Assembly (NCBI GenBank): GCA_951406725.2
Contig: OX597835.1
Location: 30,070,001 to 30,134,000 of the forward strand
Length of the DNA stretch: 64,000 bases
DNA from: Octopus vulgaris
Taxonomy: Eukaryota
Direction: 5' to 3'
Shown here: positions 55,751-64,000 of the stretch, piece by piece
Layout of the letters: every line of letters starts with the position of its first letter
Position numbering within the stretch: position 1 is the first letter of the stretch
Program-made: the position numbers and the translations under genes
Notes under the pieces: model-generated
What the model was told of the DNA's origin: nothing
What the model saw: only the letters and a program-made list of their open reading frames with translations
The model's database searches: none

Positions 55751-56363
55751 ACCCATATTAGAGTTTTCAAAATAACACAGTCTTTCCGATGTGGATTCAA
55801 GAGAATATCAAACAATTGCATTTATATGCACACATGCCCACCCACAAATACATGCATCATACATACACACATACAAACATCTACCTACCTACAATAATAT
55901 ATATGTAGATCTATCTATCTATCTAACTATCTATGTTATATATGTTTGTATATATATATATATTAAAAACAGGCATACACACACGAGTGTTTATATGAGT
56001 GTCTGTAGGTGTGTATGTGTGTAAGTGTGTATCATATATACTCTCATTTTAAAATTCACATACACTCACACTCCTTTAAACATTTCAAATAGTTGCGTAT
56101 ATACACTCACACAAACTTTCATACACGTACACTCAGACGCATAAATACGGATACACACACACACACACATTCAATCACACACATACATAAAAAAGTACAC
56201 ACACATATTTATATCTACACGTATATAAATATATATATATACATCCCTACACACATATATACATATATATGTAGATGTATATACATATATATATGTATAT
56301 ATATATACATACAACATATATATATATATACATATACATGCATACGTACATACATATACAAAC

Positions 56364-56394
<31 letters not shown>

Positions 56395-56410
56395 CATATG
56401 TAATTCCTAC

Positions 56411-56523
56411 CAAAACACATATTGCTGCCCTCTGTTGTTTCGGAAAATGGATTTTCAAGATGACTTTTTCAAGCTTATAATTGCCATCTGGCGGAATAAT
56501 CTCGAGAGTTTCATCGACAGTGT
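56411..56523 (-). CDS. Candidate internal coding exon (113 bp) of a host gene; start of a Ras-binding/ubiquitin-like domain
   Basis: Acceptor TTTTTGTATTTTGTTTTTATCACAG, donor TTG|GTAGGA. Only one frame is open: [38 protein letters not shown]. Complex sequence amid microsatellite. Confidence 0.65.
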
Positions 56524-57100
56524 CTGTGATAAAAACAAAATACAAAAATACCACGTCTAAATGGAAATAACAGATATTTTTGATATATATATATATATAC
56601 ACATATATATACATATAAAAAAAATTCGAGAGACGAAATAAAGGCTCGAAGAACCAAAAAATAAAAATTCTTTCTGTAAGCAGAGGTACCCCTACCAAAC
56701 AAAAAAAAAAGAAAAAAAACCCAGAATAGACATCAAAAATATAAGAAATTTATAAAAGTAAATACATATATTGTGTTTGTTAATTTAGTGTCATACATAT
56801 AGGCACTCAAATGCACTCAAATGACCGAAGTGATTAAAGAGAATCTGCACGTGATTGCTTGATTTGCTTTGAAATAGAAGCCAAACGTCCTTTAAAATCA
56901 TGGCTTGTATTCGTAAACGAATTAAGGACAGATTGAGTAATACTTCCTAATGTATATGCGTGTATGAGTAAGTTTGTGCACTGATAGAGTAGGTGGATCC
57001 GTAAAGATCTTGGTGCAAGTAGTAAATTAGCATCAAATATTTATTATACAATTTTTAGAGATTATAATGTATGTTATACATTTCTTATACATACATAGAT

Positions 57101-57158
<58 letters not shown>

Positions 57159-57394
57159 GTGTGTATGTGTAATATGCGTGTGTTACACCTGTGAATTACG
57201 TAAGATGCATTCAGATGTCTGGAAACATATGTAGTAAAGTTTTACCCTCTCTCTTGAGTATATAAATATACATACGAAACGACTGGGTTTTAATCATATA
57301 TCTGATTTAACCTCACGCATATGCCAGTATATTCATATGTATCTATTATACTTATGCTAATGACTCCGAAGTCCTGCTCTGTTCTGCAGTAAAT

Positions 57395-57620
57395 TACTTA
57401 CATTTCTCAAGGATTCGAATTAGTTCCCGACACTCTTTCTCTTATATCTCGATGACTTACTCTCTTTATCGCGTTTAACAACACTCACTCTTATGCAGAG
57501 AAGTCTAGTCTTCATTCATTAAAAATTGCTATGCCTCAGTAACCCTTGATCTAGAGATACTGACGTCAAATCGAAACTGACTCCATGGAAAAGGACCACA
57601 AAAGATCTAACTACATCTCG
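57395..57620 (+). pseudogene. Highly decayed LINE reverse-transcriptase core
   Basis: With frameshifts: ISQGFELV / PTLFLLYLDDLLSL / NNTHSYAEKSSLHS, corresponding to the PQGSxLxPxLF..D and YADD motifs. Confidence 0.7.
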
Positions 57621-57715
57621 ATCTTGTCCATTTGATCAGGAACTTGATAGAAACGCTATTCTTGTCAAGAAAACATAGCACTACACCTTTCAGCGCCGAA
57701 ATACATAAATGTATG

Positions 57716-57928
<213 letters not shown>

Positions 57929-58127
57929 GAAGAAGATTTTTTAAAAAATATTATTATTGCACTTTACATAATCATTGTTATATGGTTTATCTTATGTTTA
58001 ATCTTTGTATTAGATGTAATTTTTCAAAATGGTATAATTTAATTTTTTATTATTGAATTGATAAAAGGTGTTTTTTTAAGAAATTTATGCATATATATAT
58101 AGATACATACATAGACACTCACCCACA

Positions 58128-58188
<61 letters not shown>

Positions 58189-58193
58189 ATATG

Positions 58194-58275
<82 letters not shown>

Positions 58276-58837
58276 TAGATATATATATATATATAGATGT
58301 AGATATCTTCATAAACATCGTTAAAAGAGACCGAGAGAACAGGCACTAGTTTACAAAGAATAATTCCAGAGGACGATTTCTTCGACTAAAACACTTTAAG
58401 GCGGTACTCCAGTATGGTCGCAGTCAAATGACTGAAACCAATAGTGGAATAATAGAATCTGTGAGTGAATGAGTTTTTTCTTTTTCCTTTTCTCGCACCC
58501 TCTTTTCTGATTCATACTGCTGCATAATCATTATCCTCCCTCCTCAATCTTGCTCCCACCTCCTACTCTTTTTAATTTTCGCTCGCTTTATCCTGTCCCA
58601 CGCCATATTGAAGCTACCCGCTTGGCTTGGCTTTGATATTTCTGCCGGTCGTTTCTTTAACTTTCTATTGTTGTATACCCAGAGAAATACATACACCTAA
58701 ATGCAAACATACGCATACGCGTAGGAACGCACATATAAACATACACAAACACACAAATACGCTTCCCTACACACTGATACACACGCATACGTATACAGAC
58801 CAAGCGTGGGAGACAGAGAACATATTTGTAAAGACGT

Positions 58838-58879
<42 letters not shown>

Positions 58880-59236
58880 ATACACATACAAATATTATGT
58901 GTTATATATATATATATATGTATAAGTATATATATATATATATTTATATATACATATGTATATGTGTATATATATAAATATACATATATATATATATATA
59001 TACATATATAAATATACATATATAAATATAAATATACATATATATATATATATAATATACATATATATATATACATATATATATGGCGGTGCCCCAGCAT
59101 GGCCACAGCTCATAGGCTGGAACTGGAATCAATCAATCAATCAATATACATGTATATATGTATGTATATATACATACATATACATATATACATATATGCA
59201 TATATATATACATATACATATACATATATGTATGTG

Positions 59237-59306
<70 letters not shown>

Positions 59307-59798
59307 TATATATATATACATATATATATAATCGTAGAAACATGTGTATATATATGTTTATATCTATCTATCTATCTATCTATCTATCTTCCCCTCTCTC
59401 TGTATATATGCTCATGCACAAATGTTTTTGCGCACAAACATACACACATATCTAGATACATATATCCACCCATCCATACATACAAATATACAACCTTGCA
59501 TACATTCATACATCCATGCATACATTCATACATTCATACATCCATCCGTCCGTACATAAACAATATGAGCACCCTACCCGCGTGTGTTTGTTTCATCTCC
59601 ATTCAGTCGGTCACAGACGGGTGGAACTTATACCCCGTCTTAAAACATGTCTGTTGAAGTGATATGACCTCTTTCTTTTTGTTCCAACACCCGTAAGAAT
59701 ACAAAAACAAATACTTATTCCCACCTCATACCCTTGTGCCCGGTAAAAAAACAACAACAACGACAACAACAATAACATTACCAGCAACCACTGTGTGC

Positions 59799-59854
<56 letters not shown>

Positions 59855-59880
59855 TAAAGAGTATCTATATATATATATGC

Positions 59881-60301
59881 TCTTTACTCTCTCTCTTTTA
59901 CTCTTTTATATGTTTCAGTCATTTGACTGCGGCCATGCTGGAGCAACGCCTTTAATCGAGCAACTCGACCACGGGACTTATTCCTTGTAAGCCAGTACTT
60001 ATTCTATCGGACTCTTTTGCCGAACCGCTAAGTGACGGGGACATAAACACACCACCATCGGTTGTCAACCAATGATGGGGGGACAACACAGACACACAAT
60101 CATACACGCACACACATATATAAGCGACACATATATATACGACGGGCTTCTTTCAGTTTCCGTTGACCAAATCCACTCACAATGCTTTGGTCGGCCCGAG
60201 GCTATAGTAGAAGACACATGCCCAAAGGTGCCACGCAGTGGAACTGAACCCGGAGATATGTGGTTGCTAAGCAAGCTACTTATCACACAGCCACTCCTGC
60301 A

Positions 60302-60303
<2 letters not shown>
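59881..60303 (-). mobile_element. SINE family A, full length
   Basis: Head GGTGCAGGAGTGGCTGTGTGATAAG through to the (AGTAAAAG)-type tail. Confidence 0.92.
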
Positions 60304-60386
<83 letters not shown>

Positions 60387-60638
60387 TGTATGTTTATTTT
60401 TTGTACAAAGACAAGAGTGGATGTTGTGTCTTATATCAGTAGGTAGTGGTTGTTGCAGCTGTTGTACATAGTATTATTTTCTTGAACTCTGGTGCGTTGG
60501 AATATGTAATAGTCTCTGATAGGTATTGAACTTGCATTCTACGAACGCGCATGTTACACGTACTCGCACACACAAACACACAAATACCGTTTATATATTT
60601 GTGTGTATGTATTTGTGAAAATATTATATATATATATA

Positions 60639-60677
<39 letters not shown>

Positions 60678-61387
60678 TTTTATTCTTTTGTTTTAGTCAC
60701 TCTATTATCTTTTTTACAGGACAGCTAATTTACGTGGACGTAAACATACCAACACAGGCCGTCAAGCTATGGTGCAGGGACGAACACAAAGGAACGCATA
60801 CAAATATCCACACATATATACATATATATGTGCGTGTGCGTGTGTACGATTGTTGAAGGAAATCACTATACGCATTTCAACACTTCAGTTTATTCCAAAT
60901 ATGAGTCCATTGGATAAATTAACTGATAAAATTACGTAAATTCATACAGTCACATAACCATTTCTTCAGGAGATATTCTGCCGAAAATGTTTCAGGAGAT
61001 AACCGGCCAAATATTATGGCGAAATACAGTTACTGTATGAGGGAAAAGAATATCTGTATTAAATCGAAGTGAAACATGAAAATATACCGTAGAGTGGAGA
61101 TATTAATTTAGTCAACCAATTAAATTGCTCGACTGCAGAGTCAGCTGAAATCATGTAAGCCTATCTTAAACGATGTTGGTCGAATTGTCATTTGCCGTTT
61201 ATGTGTTGGAATTTACAGTTGAGAACAATGTTGATGTTCAGCTAATGACAAATTGTAAACTTAAACCTAAGTTTTTATTGTCACGATGAGACAATCGAAT
61301 ATTCATCTTGAATAAGTTTTCGGAAACTATCGACAGAAGAATACAGTAATACCTCTTCTTAAAATAATAGATAAGTTTAAATTTATA

Positions 61388-61446
<59 letters not shown>

Positions 61447-61545
61447 TTAAAATTAAGGATAAAATCTTTATAAGAAATTGTGAGTAGTTAGCGTGAAAAA
61501 CCTCGTAAGAGAAAAAATCCGTAAATTTTTCCACTTTGAAAAAAA

Positions 61546-61767
61546 ATATTTATATTATATAGAGGGTACTATTATTCATAGGTACCGCACGCTGGAGGGA
61601 CTCTTGCAGTCAAAACTACTAAAATATGCATATTCTGCATTGATTGCGAAATCACAGGTGACATGTAACTAAATTCTGTTTTTAAATGACTTGCGTTGAA
61701 GTTTTGCATTCGGTACAAGAGTCCCTCCTAGCATGCGGTACCTATGAATAATAGTACCCTCTATATA

Positions 61768-61777
<10 letters not shown>
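61546..61777. mobile_element. Fold-back insertion with ~60-bp arms and ~110-bp spacer
   Basis: ATATTTATATTATATAGAGGGTACTATTATTCATAGGTACCGCA..GGAGGGACTCTTG is mirrored at 61716-61777; bounded by (TA)n, with a ~100-bp left extension. Confidence 0.85.
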
Positions 61778-61798
<21 letters not shown>

Positions 61799-62189
61799 AG
61801 TTCAGCAAAATTTAGATTCAAATGAATATGGTACTTAAATTAGATGCACCAGAATTTTGTATGGTGTTATCCATATAAATCCATGGGATGATTATAATCA
61901 AAATAAGCAACAAGAATATCTTCGGTAATTTGGTACGATCGTTTCACGCTACATCATTTTATTAAACATTGTAAGTATTACAACATTTTAAATGTGCTTG
62001 TATATGTGTATTTTTATGACTTTTATTACTTTTATTACTAGCTCAGATCATCTAATTGTATATATCTGTCGTTACCTTTCATAAAAAGCCTTTTCTATTT
62101 TTATTTACAATGTGCATTTTCTTTGATTTTTCTTACTTTACCCTTACATTTCCACGTGTAGTTTCTATTCTCTTTTTGTAACATATTTC

Positions 62190-62224
<35 letters not shown>

Positions 62225-62227
<3 letters not shown>

Positions 62228-62455
62228 CAGATATACAGAAAAAAAGAAAAAGACAGGTGTCAGAACAAAAATCAGGTGCATTAGTTTAACGTTTGGGGGA
62301 AATTGAAAAGTCTTTTACGTTTGGAGCCTACGCTCTTCGACAGAAATGATTACTAGGCAAAAAATGGAGAGAGAATGAAGAAAAAACGGAGTAAGAAAAA
62401 TGTGTAAACGTGTCAACATGGCGAGATGACTGAAAAAGAAAAGGCTAAATGATAG
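62225..62455 (-). mobile_element. Repeat family D copy 4
   Basis: Minus strand 62312-62347 reads atttCTGTCGAaGAGCgtagGCTCcAAACGTAaaag. Confidence 0.7.
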
Positions 62456-62498
62456 GGATATGATGATGATGATGATGATAATAATAATAATAATAATA

Positions 62499-62587
<89 letters not shown>

Positions 62588-63459
62588 CATTATTATTATT
62601 ATTGACCCCAACGAACTAAGGTGCACAAGCGTATGTGTATGTTAGAATGGTTTGTTTGTGAGTGTACGTGTGATTGAGGGGTGTAAGTGTGTGCGCATAC
62701 GTGTGGATGTATGTACATGTGTAAGTATGCGTATGGACATATGTATATGTATGGTGTTAACGTGTGTGTGTGGCTAATGTGGATGTGTTGTGCGTAGCAG
62801 TTGATGTGTGTTCAAGTGGTGAGTGTACATATGTATGTGTTTGTGTGTGTGTCTGGGAACAGATGGTGCGCATGTGTATAGTGTAGGTTTGTGGGCGAAA
62901 GTTATCTTTGTCTATGCGTGTTGCTTGTGTTTATACGTGTTGCAAGTGTGTGTATATATTGTCTGTGTTCAGGTAGTATGTGTTTGTGCTTGCGTGGGTG
63001 CGTGCATGATGTTGTAGGAGTGTGTACCGAGTTAAACAGTATATGTAGCTGCTAGTATAGTACTATGTGTGGTAACGCTATTGAAGATTGTGTGTGTGTG
63101 TGTCGGTATGTGTGGTGTTTGTGTGTGGTGGTGGGGGGGCTGAGAAGTGTTTGGTGCTAGTGCGTATTGAATGGGAAGGAGTTTGTAGTGCGGTGTGTAA
63201 TGGTGTGTGAAGTGAGTAATAAGCTGAACAGTGTGTATGGGCGTTTGTATAGTGGTGTGTGTAGAGTAGGGGTACAAAGGTAGGCAGTATAAAGGTGTGT
63301 AGATGGAGGGGGTAGTTGAATGAGGGAGGTGTGTGGTATTGGTGTCAGATAAAGAGGGATAAGGAGTTGAACCCATATGGCGCATAGGAACGTAGAAAGA
63401 ACATTAATTCTTGTCCACAGCGAAGGCGGGAGTCCGAGTGGCCCATGTATGTATATATA

Positions 63460-63495
<36 letters not shown>

Positions 63496-63599
63496 TGCAT
63501 GCATGCATGTATGTATGTATGTATGTATGTATGTATGTATGTATGTATGTATGTATGCCCCACTGTTGTGTTTAACGGCACCAACTCCTTTTCCAAATG

Positions 63600-63900
63600 A
63601 AGATTGCCTACTGAGGTTTTTGTAGAGGGTGTTTTATGATAGATTAATATTCAATGAGGCTTAACTTGCACCATTAAGACATACGACATCTATGAAATCC
63701 CCCTTATTTATAATTTGCCAGAGTGACTTTGAGAGCAATGGAGTATTTTTCATGTGATGAAGTTTCAAACTATCCGCATGTTCGTATAATCGACTCTTAA
63801 ATGTGCTTTCTACTAAGCCACTGCAACACACACTCTTGTCGCTTTTGATTGTTATGTCCTGATATGCAGTACAGTTACTGATCTAATGGTTATCCAAAGA
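63600..63900 (-). pseudogene. Penelope-like GIY-YIG endonuclease remnant
   Basis: TAYQDITIKSDKSVCCSGLVESTFKSRLYEHADSLKLHHMKNTPLLSKSLWQIINKGD fits the xxY..YIG..TFKxRxxxHxxSF..KNSTxLSKxIW pattern. Confidence 0.7.
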
Positions 63901-64000
63901 GTACGATAAATTTTATAGAGGTGATCGATAGCTCGCAAATAGGTTCTTGCAAGCAGATTTCCTATGGAAAATGGCAATAATGGATTCTCCTATTTGATTT

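Overview
AT-rich, intron-like animal DNA dominated by microsatellites ((TA)n, (TATC)n, (TG)n, (GAT)n, (AAT)n, (CCA)n) and transposable-element debris. The tRNA-headed SINE families match repeats I recognise from octopus, so the source is probably an octopus/coleoid genome (inference). Nearly all ORFs in the supplied track are microsatellite artefacts. Recognisable remnants include mariner and maT/Tc1 transposases, CR1/L2-, RTE- and R4/Dong-like LINE ends, two Penelope-like GIY-YIG endonuclease fragments, Helitron-like non-autonomous elements and many SINEs. Only one credible host-gene exon was found (56411-56523, minus strand, Ras-binding/ubiquitin-like fold). The most notable signal is a set of fold-back insertions in (TA)n tracts, several carrying type I hammerhead ribozyme motifs, as expected for Penelope-like pseudo-LTRs. 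There is also a 4-copy family with a non-canonical hammerhead core and a tRNA-like cloverleaf enclosed by ~90-bp inverted repeats. Coordinates were read by eye and element ends are approximate.
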